A stretch of DNA of 60,631 bases. It comes from Candidatus Cacconaster equifaecalis (GTDB lineage Bacteria; Bacteroidota; Bacteroidia; Bacteroidales; UBA932). The DNA lies in NCBI GenBank assembly GCA_018064445.1, contig JAGHVE010000070.1, positions 1 through 60,631 of the forward strand, in the 5' to 3' direction. Positions 19,030 through 28,546 of the stretch are shown in pieces. The notes beneath the pieces are model-generated. The model had not been told where the DNA came from, did no database searches, and saw only the letters and a list, made by a program, of their open reading frames with translations. Numbering within the stretch: position 1 is the stretch's first letter; each line of letters starts with the position of its first letter. The position numbers and the translations under genes were made by a program.

Positions 19030-19037
19030 TAATTTTG
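19030..19037 (+). promoter_or_regulatory. Candidate -7 box (TAATTTTG) for mazG
   Basis: Exact TAnnTTTG match, 7 nt upstream of the ATG at 19045. It is the other half of the palindrome. Confidence 0.45.
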
Positions 19038-19044
19038 CGACATT

Positions 19045-19803
19045 ATGAAAAGAGAAAATCAACTTAAGGCATTTGAGCGCCTGCTTGACATAATGGACGA
19101 ACTGAGGGAGAAGTGTCCCTGGGACAGAAAACAGACGATGGAATCCCTCCGTCCCAACACCATTGAAGAGGTATATGAACTTTCCGATGCGATAATGGCG
19201 GACGACCTGCACAACGTCGCCAAGGAACTCGGAGACGTGCTGCTGCACGTCGTGTTCTACTCCAAGATAGGAGACGAGAAGGGCAGCTTCGACATTGCCG
19301 ACGTATGCAATCTTCTGTGTGACAAGCTGGTGTACCGTCACCCCCACGTATTCGGCGACACGGCCGTAAAGAACGTGGAAGATGTGCTCAAGAATTGGGA
19401 ACAGCTCAAACAGACGGAAAAGGACGGCAACAAGACCGTCCTGAGCGGGGTCCCCTCCTCTCTCCCCTCCCTCATCAAGGCGTACCGTATGCAGGACAAG
19501 GCCAGGGCGGTAGGTTTCGACTGGGAGAACCGCGAGGAGGTCTGGGCCAAAGTCAAGGAAGAGATTGCCGAATTCGAGGAGAACCCTTCCGAAGACGAAC
19601 TCGGAGACATCATATTCTCTTTGGTCAATGCCGCCCGCCTCTACGACCTCAACCCGGACACGGCGCTCGAGAAGACCAATGAAAAGTTCCGCCGCCGTTT
19701 CGGATATGTGGAGGAAAAGGCGAAGGAACAGGGCCGGAAACTCAAGGAGATGACACTCGGAGAGATGGATGCACTCTGGAACGAAGCCAAAACCACTGAA
19801 TAA
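19045..19803 (+). CDS. mazG: Nucleoside triphosphate pyrophosphohydrolase MazG
   Basis: 252 aa with tandem MazG domains. Motifs include LREKCPWDRKQT, EEVYELSDAI, ELGDVLLHVVF and the second repeat EEIAEF...ELGDIIFSLVN. Confidence 0.9.
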   Translation: MKRENQLKAFERLLDIMDELREKCPWDRKQTMESLRPNTIEEVYELSDAIMADDLHNVAKELGDVLLHVVFYSKIGDEKGSFDIADVCNLLCDKLVYRHPHVFGDTAVKNVEDVLKNWEQLKQTEKDGNKTVLSGVPSSLPSLIKAYRMQDKARAVGFDWENREEVWAKVKEEIAEFEENPSEDELGDIIFSLVNAARLYDLNPDTALEKTNEKFRRRFGYVEEKAKEQGRKLKEMTLGEMDALWNEAKTTE

Positions 19804-20549
19804 TGTGGACTGACAGGACGGAGATACTTGTCGGCAGGGAGGGTCTGGACCTTCTCGGAAAGGCCTCCGTGGCTGTCGTGGGTCTCGGTGGAGTTGGAGC
19901 CGTAGCCGCTGAGATGATTGTCCGCGCCGGAGTGAGTCACGTCACCGTCCTGGACTGCGACACCGTCAGCGAGACGAATCGGAACCGCCAGATAATCGCG
20001 ATGGTCTCAACTGTGGGCAGACGGAAAAGCGAAGTGGTGGCAGAACGGCTTATGGATATAAATCCGGAACTGGACCTGGATGTCAGAGACTGCTATCTCA
20101 CGGCGGAGAATGTCGGCGGGATTTTCCCTGCCGGGAAAAGTCCTGACTTCATAATCGACGCAATAGACACGCTCGCCCCGAAGCTGGCACTGATAAAGCA
20201 CTGCGTGGACAACCGTATCGGACTCGTCAGCTCGATGGGCTCAGGAGCCAAATATGACGTGACAAAAATCCGCATTGCGGACATTTCCAAGTCGTTCAAC
20301 TGCCCGCTGGCCTACATAGTCAGGAAGAAGTTGCGCCATATGGGCATCAGCAAAGGCTTTCCCGTCGTCTTCAGCGAAGAACTGCCGGAGACTGACGCAA
20401 TCGTTGAAATGACCCCTCAGGAGCAGGCCGAGGTGAGCAACAAGAAGTCCCAGGTGGGGACAATAAGTTATCTGCCCGCCGCTTTCGGCTGCGCCTGCGC
20501 CCAGGCTGCGATTACACACATACTGAAAAACAAACCCGCAATACTATGA
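19803..20549 (+). CDS. tcdA: tRNA threonylcarbamoyladenosine dehydratase (ThiF/HesA-family E1-like)
   Basis: 248 aa with a ThiF-type Rossmann motif (VAVVGLGGVGAVAAEMIVRAGV...LDCDTVSETNRNRQ). The start overlaps the mazG stop (TAATG). Confidence 0.82.
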   Translation: MWTDRTEILVGREGLDLLGKASVAVVGLGGVGAVAAEMIVRAGVSHVTVLDCDTVSETNRNRQIIAMVSTVGRRKSEVVAERLMDINPELDLDVRDCYLTAENVGGIFPAGKSPDFIIDAIDTLAPKLALIKHCVDNRIGLVSSMGSGAKYDVTKIRIADISKSFNCPLAYIVRKKLRHMGISKGFPVVFSEELPETDAIVEMTPQEQAEVSNKKSQVGTISYLPAAFGCACAQAAITHILKNKPAIL

Positions 20550-21460
20550 AACACTTTTCAACACTCGCAATCATCTTCACTCTGGCAGCACTGCTTATGG
20601 CAGGATGCACATCAAAAACCACCGCACCGCTCAAAGCCCTTGTAGTCAGCGGTCAGAACAATCACAACTGGCCAGTGAGCCATCAGGCGCTCAAACTCAT
20701 TCTCGACAACTCGGGTCTTTTCTCAACCGATATCGCCCTGACTCCCGAAGCGGGTGGCGATATGAGTACGTTCGCTCCCGATTTCAGCCTTTACGACGTG
20801 GTCGTACTGGATTACAACGGTGACAACTGGAGCGAGGAGACCAACGCCGCTTTCCTTGAATATGTTCAGAACGGCGGTGGAATCGTCATCTACCACGCAG
20901 CGGACAATGCTTTCACGGAGTGGGAGGAATTCAACAAAATCATAGCCCTCGGAGGATGGGGCGGCCGCACGGAGAAGGACGGGCCCTACTGCTATCTGAA
21001 AGACGGACAACTCTACAAGGATTTCGAGACGCCCGGCCCCGGTGGAAACCACGGACAGCAGAGAGAGTACGCTATGCACTGCCGCAATGCGGAACATCCT
21101 GTAACAAAGGGGCTTCCTGACGGCTGGCTTCACGCCCAGGACGAACTTTACGATTGCCTGAGAGGACCCGCGAACATCAAGGACCTGCTCTACACCGGAA
21201 CTTCCGATGCGGCTACCGGAGGGTCAGGCCGTGAGGAGCCCCTCGTATTCACGGTGGATTACGGCAATGCAAGAATTTTCCATCTGGCAATCGGACACGC
21301 CGGTGAAAATCTGGAAAACAACCCTGCAATGCAGTGCGTAGGCTTCCAGACTCTTCTTCTCCGTGGCGCCGAATGGGCCGCAACCGGCAAGGTCACACAG
21401 AAAGTACCTGAAGGTTTCCCCGGAAGCGGAGCCACAAGCCTCCGTCCCGAATACAAGTAA
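20546..21460 (+). CDS. ThuA-domain (trehalose-utilisation-like) lipoprotein
   Basis: 304 aa with a lipoprotein signal (LLMAGC). It shows a ThuA-like pattern: KALVVSGQNNHNW...YDVVVLDYNGDNW...GGGIVIYHAADNAF. The ATG overlaps the tcdA stop (ATGA). Confidence 0.75.
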   Translation: MKHFSTLAIIFTLAALLMAGCTSKTTAPLKALVVSGQNNHNWPVSHQALKLILDNSGLFSTDIALTPEAGGDMSTFAPDFSLYDVVVLDYNGDNWSEETNAAFLEYVQNGGGIVIYHAADNAFTEWEEFNKIIALGGWGGRTEKDGPYCYLKDGQLYKDFETPGPGGNHGQQREYAMHCRNAEHPVTKGLPDGWLHAQDELYDCLRGPANIKDLLYTGTSDAATGGSGREEPLVFTVDYGNARIFHLAIGHAGENLENNPAMQCVGFQTLLLRGAEWAATGKVTQKVPEGFPGSGATSLRPEYK

Positions 21461-21488
21461 GGAACTTCTAAGATTCCAAGTGACATCT

Positions 21489-22982
21489 ATGCGTAAGATA
21501 TTCAATCTGATTTTCAGCATTCTGCTTCTTGCGTCCTGTACGGAGAAAGTCACCCTCAGCCGTGAGGACCTTGCGGACAAGATCAAGGGCGGCTGGGCCG
21601 GCCAGACATTCGGCTGCACTTACGGCGGGCCGACGGAGTTCCGCTACCGCGGTGAGATGATTCCCGACGACTATGTCGCTCCCTGGGATGAGGATAACCG
21701 TATCGAATGGTATTTCGACAACAACCCCGGGCTGTACGATGACGTCTATATGGACCTGTCGTTCCTTGACGTGATTGACCGGAAAGGAATGGACGCTCCG
21801 GCGGAGGATTTCGCCGAAGCGTTTGCGCGCGCGTCATATCCTCTGTGGCACGCAAATCAGGCGGCACGTTACAACATCCTCAATGGCATCAAACCTCCTA
21901 TGAGCGGTTACTGGAAAAACAACCCTCACGCGGATGACATCGATTTTCAGATCGAGGCCGATTTTGCGGGACTTGTCGCCCCGGCAATGCCGAAGGTTGC
22001 GGAATCGCTATGCGACAAGGTGGGCCACATAATGAATTGTGGCGACGGCTATTACGGAGGGCTGTTCGTGGCCCGGATGTACAGTCTGGCCTTTATGTAT
22101 GATGACGCTGAGACAGTTGTAAGGGAAGCCCTGAAAGTCATTCCCCGTGAGAGCGGTTTCTACAGATGCATCGCCGACGTCATTGACTGGCATTGTCAGT
22201 GCGAAGACTGGAAAGAAACTTGGCGGAGGGTGGAAGACAAGTGGAATGATGAGATCGGGTGTCCCGACGGGGTGAAATCCCCTTTCAACATAGATGCAAA
22301 GATCAACTCCGCTTACGTGGTTATGGGACTTCTGTATGGCGGCGGAGATATGGAACGCACGATGGAAATCTCAATGCGCTGCGGGCAGGATTCAGACTGC
22401 AATCCCGCCACGGCTGCCGGAATTCTTGGGACGATGACAGGCTACAGGGCCATACCGGAAAAGTGGACCGCGCCTTTGGAGGCCGTGGCCGGCAGGGCTT
22501 TTGCCCATACGGAAATATCTTTCAACGATGCCTGCTGTATGTCGGAACGGATTGCTCTTCAGAACATACGGGACAACGGGGGAAAAGTGACGGAGGATTT
22601 TGTCAGGATTCCCGTAAGACATTCCAAGGTTGTGCCGTTCGAGAAGAGTTTCGACCGCTTTACAAGGGTGGAGAAGGACAGTGGAGGCTGCGGCAGTTTC
22701 ACCGATTCCCTGACATTGAACTTCGAGGGCAGGGGAGTGGTCCTTACGGGTTGGCTGGACTGCACTCCGGACAAATTGCCTGAAGGCTTTGCCCGGCTCA
22801 GTGTCTCCGTTGATGGAGGAACGCCCGAGGTGTTCGTCCTTCCCTGCAGTTTCGCCACCCGCAGATACGACCTCTACTGGAACTACAATCTCCCGGAAGG
22901 AGCTCACAAAATCACGCTCTCGCTCCTCGACCGCGCCGACGGTGTCTCGGTCAAATGCACCTCGAAGGTGATTTACAATTAA
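21489..22982 (+). CDS. ADP-ribosylglycohydrolase-family lipoprotein with an extra C-terminal domain
   Basis: I trimmed the start to the ATG at 21489 (MRKIFNLIFSILLLASC, a lipoprotein signal). Family motifs are GGWAGQTFGCTYGGPTEF near the N-terminus and GQDSDCNPATAAGILG. About 150 further residues resemble a beta-sandwich domain. Confidence 0.78.
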   Translation: MRKIFNLIFSILLLASCTEKVTLSREDLADKIKGGWAGQTFGCTYGGPTEFRYRGEMIPDDYVAPWDEDNRIEWYFDNNPGLYDDVYMDLSFLDVIDRKGMDAPAEDFAEAFARASYPLWHANQAARYNILNGIKPPMSGYWKNNPHADDIDFQIEADFAGLVAPAMPKVAESLCDKVGHIMNCGDGYYGGLFVARMYSLAFMYDDAETVVREALKVIPRESGFYRCIADVIDWHCQCEDWKETWRRVEDKWNDEIGCPDGVKSPFNIDAKINSAYVVMGLLYGGGDMERTMEISMRCGQDSDCNPATAAGILGTMTGYRAIPEKWTAPLEAVAGRAFAHTEISFNDACCMSERIALQNIRDNGGKVTEDFVRIPVRHSKVVPFEKSFDRFTRVEKDSGGCGSFTDSLTLNFEGRGVVLTGWLDCTPDKLPEGFARLSVSVDGGTPEVFVLPCSFATRRYDLYWNYNLPEGAHKITLSLLDRADGVSVKCTSKVIYN

Positions 22983-24040
22983 ATCGCCTTGAGCGGAGCG
23001 CCGCAGAGGAGCATTACCTTGTAAATCAGTCCGGAAACGATGATGACGGCGGGGATGGTGATAATCCAGGCCCAAACTATGTTCTTGGCTGTCATCCATT
23101 TTACCGATTTCACACCTTGAGTCAGGCCGGTGCCGACAATGGCTCCGGTGACGGTGTGGGTCGTGGAAACGGGGATACCGAGGATAGCGGTGATTATCAG
23201 GGTTGCAGAGCCTCCGATTTCGGAGCAGAACCCTGTCAGGGGAGTGACTTTGGCAAGTCCGCTTCCAAGTGTCCTGATTACTTTCCATCCGCCGATAATC
23301 GTGCCCATCGAAATCAGCAGGTAGGATATAATCATCAGCCAGTAGGGGACGAACTGACCTTCATTCACATTATACAGAATCTGGAGCAACCCGTTGTCGG
23401 GGGCTTGGGCAAGAGCGGTGCAAAGCAGAATGGCGATTACTCCCATCGTCTTCTGCCCGTCATTGAGACCGAAACTGAATGAGAACAGGGCTGAAGAGAA
23501 CAGCTGCGCCCTCCTGAGCGCCTTGTCGGTCGGGGCGGGATGCGCACCTGTGACCTTGAAAAGCCACATAAAGAAGCATCTCATAAAGAACCCCAGGACC
23601 ATCCCGATCAGAGGAGACAGGACGATGAACAGGAGTATCTGACCTATTCCGCTGAGAATCAGATGTTCAAAACCGTAACCGAACCAAACGGGACCAATCA
23701 GGCCTCCAATCAGGGCGTGGGATGCGGAAATAGGCAGTCCCATCATAGTGCAGGTGTATATCCATAGTACGGAACCCAGCAGCGCCGCAAGAATCACGTA
23801 ATGGTCTATGCAGTTCTCCTGAACGATTCCCTTCCCCATAGTCTGAGCCACACCGGGTTCTATGAAGAAGAATGTCAGGCAGGAGATGAAGATCCAGAAA
23901 CCTGCCCACCATACAGCGCGCTTGGGAGTGAGCGCCTTCGTGGCAACAACTGTCGCGATGGCGTTTGCGGCATCGTTCATTCCGTTCATGAAGTTGAACG
24001 CCAGAGCGATGAGAGCCGCGATGATAACAACTGTCACCAT
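22979..24040 (-). CDS. Inorganic phosphate transporter, PiT family
   Basis: 353-aa polytopic membrane protein. It has the PiT signature NGMNDAANAIATVV and the second repeat PVSTTHTVTGAIVG. Confidence 0.92.
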   Translation of the reverse strand: MVTVVIIAALIALAFNFMNGMNDAANAIATVVATKALTPKRAVWWAGFWIFISCLTFFFIEPGVAQTMGKGIVQENCIDHYVILAALLGSVLWIYTCTMMGLPISASHALIGGLIGPVWFGYGFEHLILSGIGQILLFIVLSPLIGMVLGFFMRCFFMWLFKVTGAHPAPTDKALRRAQLFSSALFSFSFGLNDGQKTMGVIAILLCTALAQAPDNGLLQILYNVNEGQFVPYWLMIISYLLISMGTIIGGWKVIRTLGSGLAKVTPLTGFCSEIGGSATLIITAILGIPVSTTHTVTGAIVGTGLTQGVKSVKWMTAKNIVWAWIITIPAVIIVSGLIYKVMLLCGAPLKAI

Positions 24041-24045
24041 ACTGA

Positions 24046-24696
24046 CTAACTGAGTTTGACTGCTATGCTGCGGATAGTGTTTGAAACCCTTTTTCCCTCG
24101 TCCGAGACATCTTCAAGAGCCTGGGCAATATTCTTTTTCTTGACCAGTTCCACGGCGTTGGGCTCCTTTGCGAACAGGGTGCTCATATAAGACTCGTAAA
24201 TGTCATCGACGATATGCTCGTTCTCCTTTATGCGGTCGCACAGGTCGTCTATCTCCTTGATGTCATCACGCATTCCCTCAAACCTCTGAGTGAGGGCCAG
24301 CAGAAGTTCGGCATCCTTGAGGATATATTCGGAGATTTCAATCAATTTATGGCTGGATTTCTTGGGCTGGTAGATTGCGATTTTCTTGGCCGCGTCGCGG
24401 ATTGTGTCGAGGAAAGTGTCCAGATCTTCCGCCAGAGCGTGTATGTCATCCCTGTCGAAAGGGGTCACGTAGGCATTCATAAGCTCATCCACGATTTTGT
24501 CAGTAATCCGGTCACCGGCCGTTTCGCATTCCTTGATTCTGTGTGAAAGCAGATGCCGTTCGTCCGGGTCATCTTCCTTGGCCAGATCCACAAGCAGGGA
24601 GGACGCTTTCACAATGTTTTCCGCAGAACTTATGAACAGCGGAAAAAACCTTTTCTCCTTTACAACGAATATCTGGAGAATTTTGTCTAAACTCAT
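24046..24696 (-). CDS. DUF47/PhoU-like phosphate transport regulator, partner of PiT
   Basis: 216-aa helical protein located 5 nt upstream of the PiT gene. The pairing and motifs (HRIKECETAGDRITDKIVDEL...FDRDDIHALAEDLD) are typical of the DUF47 family. Confidence 0.85.
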   Translation of the reverse strand: MSLDKILQIFVVKEKRFFPLFISSAENIVKASSLLVDLAKEDDPDERHLLSHRIKECETAGDRITDKIVDELMNAYVTPFDRDDIHALAEDLDTFLDTIRDAAKKIAIYQPKKSSHKLIEISEYILKDAELLLALTQRFEGMRDDIKEIDDLCDRIKENEHIVDDIYESYMSTLFAKEPNAVELVKKKNIAQALEDVSDEGKRVSNTIRSIAVKLS

Positions 24697-24778
24697 AATC
24701 TTTTGATTTCGGTCGCGAAGATAAATCTTATTTTTGAGATAATGAAGGGGCCGGAGGCTGAAGTACGCATATTTTGCC

Positions 24779-24786
24779 TATATTTG
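24779..24786 (+). promoter_or_regulatory. Candidate -7 box (TATATTTG) for prfA
   Basis: Exact TAnnTTTG match, 19 nt upstream of the ATG at 24806. Confidence 0.45.
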
Positions 24787-24805
24787 CAAGACAAATGACT
24801 ACAAG

Positions 24806-25891
24806 ATGGCTGAGAACAAATTACTGGAGAAACTTGGGGAATTGAAGGAGAAATACAATTCCATCGGAGATCAGCTCGCGGACCCCGAGGTGATTGCGGA
24901 TATGAAGAAATACGTGCAGCTCAACAAGGATTACAAGGAACTTGAGCCCATTGTTGCTGCGGGTGACAGATATGCCAAAATGCTTGGCGACCTTGCAGGA
25001 GCCAAGGAAATACTTCTGACCGAAAAGGATGAGGACCTCCGCGAAATGGCAAAGGAGGAGGCCGCCTCGATTGAAGAGACCATCCCCTCTATGGAGGAGG
25101 AGATAAGACTGCTTCTGATTCCCGCAGATCCCCAGGACGGCAAGAATGCGATTCTCGAGATCCGCGGCGGTACCGGAGGTGATGAGGCCGCCATCTTTGC
25201 AGGAGACCTGTTCCGTATGTATACCAAATATTTCGAGCGCCGCGGGTGGAAGTGTGAAGTGACCAATACATCAGAGGGTGCTGCCGGTGGCTATAAGGAG
25301 ATTGTCTGCAAGGTGAGCGGAGAGAAGGTTTACGGCACTCTCAAATACGAGAGCGGAGTGCACCGTGTGCAGCGTGTTCCCCAGACCGAGACTCAGGGAC
25401 GTGTCCATACTTCAGCCGCATCGGTGGTGGTCCTTCCGGAAGCCGATGAATTTGACGTGGAGATAGATATGAAGGATGTCCGCAAGGATACCTTCTGTTC
25501 CTCAGGTCCGGGCGGGCAGGGGGTCAACACGACCTATTCCGCCATCCGTCTCACCCATATCCCTTCAGGCATAGTCGTGCAGTGTCAGGATGAGCGCTCG
25601 CAACTCAAGAATCTCGACAAGGCGATGCAGGAACTCAGAACCCGTCTCTACAATCTTGAATACGAGAAATATCTCAACGACATCACCTCCAAGAGAAAGA
25701 CCATGGTTTCCACCGGAGACCGTAGCGCAAAGATCCGTACATACAACTACCCGCAGTCAAGGGTTACGGACCACCGCATCGGCTACACGATGTACAATCT
25801 TCCCGTCTTTATGGACGGCGACATCCAGGAAGTGATTGACCAGCTCCAGATTGCCGAGAACGCCGAGCGTCTCAAGGCCGCCGGGGAATAG
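24806..25891 (+). CDS. prfA: Peptide chain release factor 1
   Basis: 361 aa with the GGQ motif ([10 protein letters not shown]), an RF1-type tripeptide region ([17 protein letters not shown]) and no internal frameshift site. Confidence 0.97.
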   Translation: MAENKLLEKLGELKEKYNSIGDQLADPEVIADMKKYVQLNKDYKELEPIVAAGDRYAKMLGDLAGAKEILLTEKDEDLREMAKEEAASIEETIPSMEEEIRLLLIPADPQDGKNAILEIRGGTGGDEAAIFAGDLFRMYTKYFERRGWKCEVTNTSEGAAGGYKEIVCKVSGEKVYGTLKYESGVHRVQRVPQTETQGRVHTSAASVVVLPEADEFDVEIDMKDVRKDTFCSSGPGGQGVNTTYSAIRLTHIPSGIVVQCQDERSQLKNLDKAMQELRTRLYNLEYEKYLNDITSKRKTMVSTGDRSAKIRTYNYPQSRVTDHRIGYTMYNLPVFMDGDIQEVIDQLQIAENAERLKAAGE

Positions 25892-25919
25892 TGCCGACGG
25901 GAATCGATTAATCTTTCTT

Positions 25920-28262
25920 ATGAAAAAGACACTTATAACTCTTTTCGCCCTTTTGCTGCTGTCAATGACCGGCTGGGGGCAGAACGTCCTCTGGTACGGC
26001 CAGAGCGCTAAGAACTGGAATGAAGCTCTGCCCGTCGGGAACGGGCGTATCGGAGCGATGGATTACGGCGGCAGCTGGTGCGAAGATATCCAGCTCAACG
26101 AAGAAAGCCTGTGGGCCGGATGCAGGACAGAAGGGGATGCCGATGCCGCGAAGTGGATTCCGGAGATACAGAAACTTCTGTTTGCCGACAAGATAACGGA
26201 GGCAAGGGACCTTGCCCGCGCAAAACTGATGGGCGATGTCGTCGGAGTACGCTCCTATCAGTCGTTCGGGAACCTGAAGATTGAATTCATCGAGGATGAC
26301 GAACGCGACGTTCAGTCCTTCCGCAGGGAACTGGACCTCTCCACAGGCATATCGCGGACCGTGTTCTCCGATAACGGCGTGACTTACACCCGTGAACTTT
26401 TCGCTTCCGCTCCGGATGACATACTCGTGCTCAGGATATCGGCGGACAAACCGGGAGCTCTGACTTTCAAGCTCTCATACAGCCGAGAACAGGATGCGTA
26501 CGCCAGCCCTGTCTCAAACGATGCTCTCGCAATCACCGGGCAGATAATTGACCTTCCCGAAGGAGGAAGATGCCCTGCCGGGCCCCATATGAAATTTGCC
26601 GGCCTGATAAAGGGAACCGCCAAAGGCGGAAAAATGATTACGGCAAACCAGTCATTCTTTGTTGAAGGGGCGGACGAGGCCGTCTTCCACATTGCAATGA
26701 ACACCGATTATGATGTCAGTCAGCTCAATTTCGACCACAACATAGACCCTGCGGCCATTTGCAAGGCTCAGATTGCCGCAGTCTCGGGTGATTATGCGGC
26801 GCTGAAAGAGAGGCATCTGAAGGAGTTCGATGAGATGTTCGGCCGTGTTTCACTGACCCTGGGCGACGAGGACAAGAGCGATATTCCGACCGACGTACGC
26901 CTCAAGGCTGTGCAGGAAGGAGCCACTGACCTCTCTCTCATCGCGACCTATTTCCAATACGGGAGATATCTGCTGATGTGCAGTTCAAGGGCTCCGGGAC
27001 GGCTCCCCGCAAATCTCCAGGGCATCTGGTGCAAGGATATGATAGCCCCATGGAACTCCGATTACCATACCAACATCAACATACAGATGAACTACTGGCC
27101 GGCCGAGGTGTGCAACCTGTCCGAGACCGTAGTTCCTTACTCAAATTGGATAGATGCCATCAGGGTGCCGGGCCGGGTCACCGCAAGCAAGACCTTCGGC
27201 GCAAAGGGGTGGACCGTCAATCACGTGTCCGACCTCTTCGGCCGTACTTCCATCAGTGACGGAGTGGACTGGGGTACTTTCCCGATAGCCGGTTCCTGGC
27301 TCACCCTCGCGCAGTGGGAGCACTATCTCTTCACTGAGGATGTCGAATATCTTGAGACAGTGGCATATCCCTGTATGAAGGAATCGGCCGAGTTCCTGCT
27401 TTCTTTTATGGTGGAGGACAGCAAGGGACGTCTCGTGACGGCGCCTTCCAACTCTCCCGAGAATTCCTATATCCTTCCGGACGGCAGCGAACACAGACTG
27501 ACCTACAGCGCCACGATGGACGTGGAAATCACTATGGAACTTCTGAATGCCTGCATCAAGGCTGCCGGCATTCTCGGCACGGACAAGGAATTCTGCAATG
27601 AGCTGAAGACCGCAATGGCCAAACTGCCTCCTCTGAAGGTCGGAGCGAACGGTACTCTTCAGGAGTGGATAGAGGATTACGATGAGGCGGAACCGGGCCA
27701 CAGGCATATGTCCCATCTGTTCGGTCTTCACCCCGGAACTACCATCACCCCTGCAGATCAGGACCTTTTCACCGCGGCAAAGAAAACCATCGAGCGTCGT
27801 CGCAAATACAACGAGGATCCCGAGACCCGTCGCGGGTCATATACCGGCTGGAGCCGCGCCTGGCTGATTAATTTCTATGCCCGTCTGATGGACGGCGAGG
27901 AGGCCGGAGCCAACGTGCAGGCCCTTCTTGCCAAGTCCACTCTGAACAATCTGTTCGACAATCACCCGCCATTCCAGATAGACGGAAACTTCGGCGGATG
28001 TGCGGGCATCGCGGAGATGCTGCTCCAGTCGCACACGGGTGAGATTGTCCTTCTGCCTGCCCTTCCTTCTTCCTGGAAGTGCGGGGAGGTGAAGGGGCTG
28101 CGTGCGCGCGGCGGATACACCGTGGACATTGCCTGGAAAGAGGGCAAAGTCACCGGGGCGACTGTGACGGCCGACAAAGCCTCGAAGGTGCGTGTCCGTA
28201 TCGGAGGCAAGGTCCAGACCCTCAAGGCGAAACCCGGCATTCCCGTGGCTGTGAAACTCTGA
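25920..28262 (+). CDS. Secreted GH95-family glycoside hydrolase (alpha-L-fucosidase type)
   Basis: I trimmed the start to the ATG at 25920 ([20 protein letters not shown]). The GH95 N-terminal pattern is [24 protein letters not shown] and the core motifs are NLQGIWC...[20 protein letters not shown] and [13 protein letters not shown]. Confidence 0.9.
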   Translation: MKKTLITLFALLLLSMTGWGQNVLWYGQSAKNWNEALPVGNGRIGAMDYGGSWCEDIQLNEESLWAGCRTEGDADAAKWIPEIQKLLFADKITEARDLARAKLMGDVVGVRSYQSFGNLKIEFIEDDERDVQSFRRELDLSTGISRTVFSDNGVTYTRELFASAPDDILVLRISADKPGALTFKLSYSREQDAYASPVSNDALAITGQIIDLPEGGRCPAGPHMKFAGLIKGTAKGGKMITANQSFFVEGADEAVFHIAMNTDYDVSQLNFDHNIDPAAICKAQIAAVSGDYAALKERHLKEFDEMFGRVSLTLGDEDKSDIPTDVRLKAVQEGATDLSLIATYFQYGRYLLMCSSRAPGRLPANLQGIWCKDMIAPWNSDYHTNINIQMNYWPAEVCNLSETVVPYSNWIDAIRVPGRVTASKTFGAKGWTVNHVSDLFGRTSISDGVDWGTFPIAGSWLTLAQWEHYLFTEDVEYLETVAYPCMKESAEFLLSFMVEDSKGRLVTAPSNSPENSYILPDGSEHRLTYSATMDVEITMELLNACIKAAGILGTDKEFCNELKTAMAKLPPLKVGANGTLQEWIEDYDEAEPGHRHMSHLFGLHPGTTITPADQDLFTAAKKTIERRRKYNEDPETRRGSYTGWSRAWLINFYARLMDGEEAGANVQALLAKSTLNNLFDNHPPFQIDGNFGGCAGIAEMLLQSHTGEIVLLPALPSSWKCGEVKGLRARGGYTVDIAWKEGKVTGATVTADKASKVRVRIGGKVQTLKAKPGIPVAVKL

Positions 28263-28268
28263 CCGGAT

Positions 28269-28546
28269 ATGAAAAAAAGTCTTGTTGCAGCAGTTGCGGC
28301 AACTGGTATTCCAGGGCGATGTCAAGCTATTCCCTGCTTCAGGCGATGACCGGGGTCCGGTACGATGCCGTAACCTCCACTCTTTACATCAATCCCCGCA
28401 TAAAGGGCGATTTCCGTTCTTTCCTTGCCACCGAAGGCGGCTTCGGCACTGTCGGCGTGAAGAACGGCAAACCATTCCTGGAGGTGCGTCAGGGTGAAAT
28501 TCCCGTCGGGAAAGTGGTGCTTTCCGGTCACGCCCGCCCGTTCTGA
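28269..28546 (+). pseudogene. Collapsed remnant of a secreted (alpha/alpha)6-type glycoside hydrolase gene (GH116/GBA2-like C-terminus)
   Basis: The ATG at 28269 opens a signal-peptide-like stub (MKKSLVAAVAATGIPGRCQAIPCFRR, then a stop). A different frame (ATG at 28319, ORF 28079..28546) reads (WYSRA)MSSYSLLQAMTGVRYDAVTSTLYINPRIKGDFRSFLATEGGFGTVGVKNGKPFLEV... This looks like the last helix plus terminal strands of a GH116-like enzyme. The family assignment is from recall only. Confidence 0.45.

Noticed and set aside
18991-19347. Upstream extension of the CoA-transferase ORF (551-aa version)
   Set aside because: The extension runs through the divergent promoter palindrome and antisense into mazG. 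The family-typical N-terminus begins at the ATG at 18990.
28282-28497. 71-aa plus-strand ORF inside the GH-remnant region
   Set aside because: It is in a different frame from the segment with hydrolase-like sequence, is Arg-rich and carries no signal. It is most likely a chance ORF in decaying DNA.
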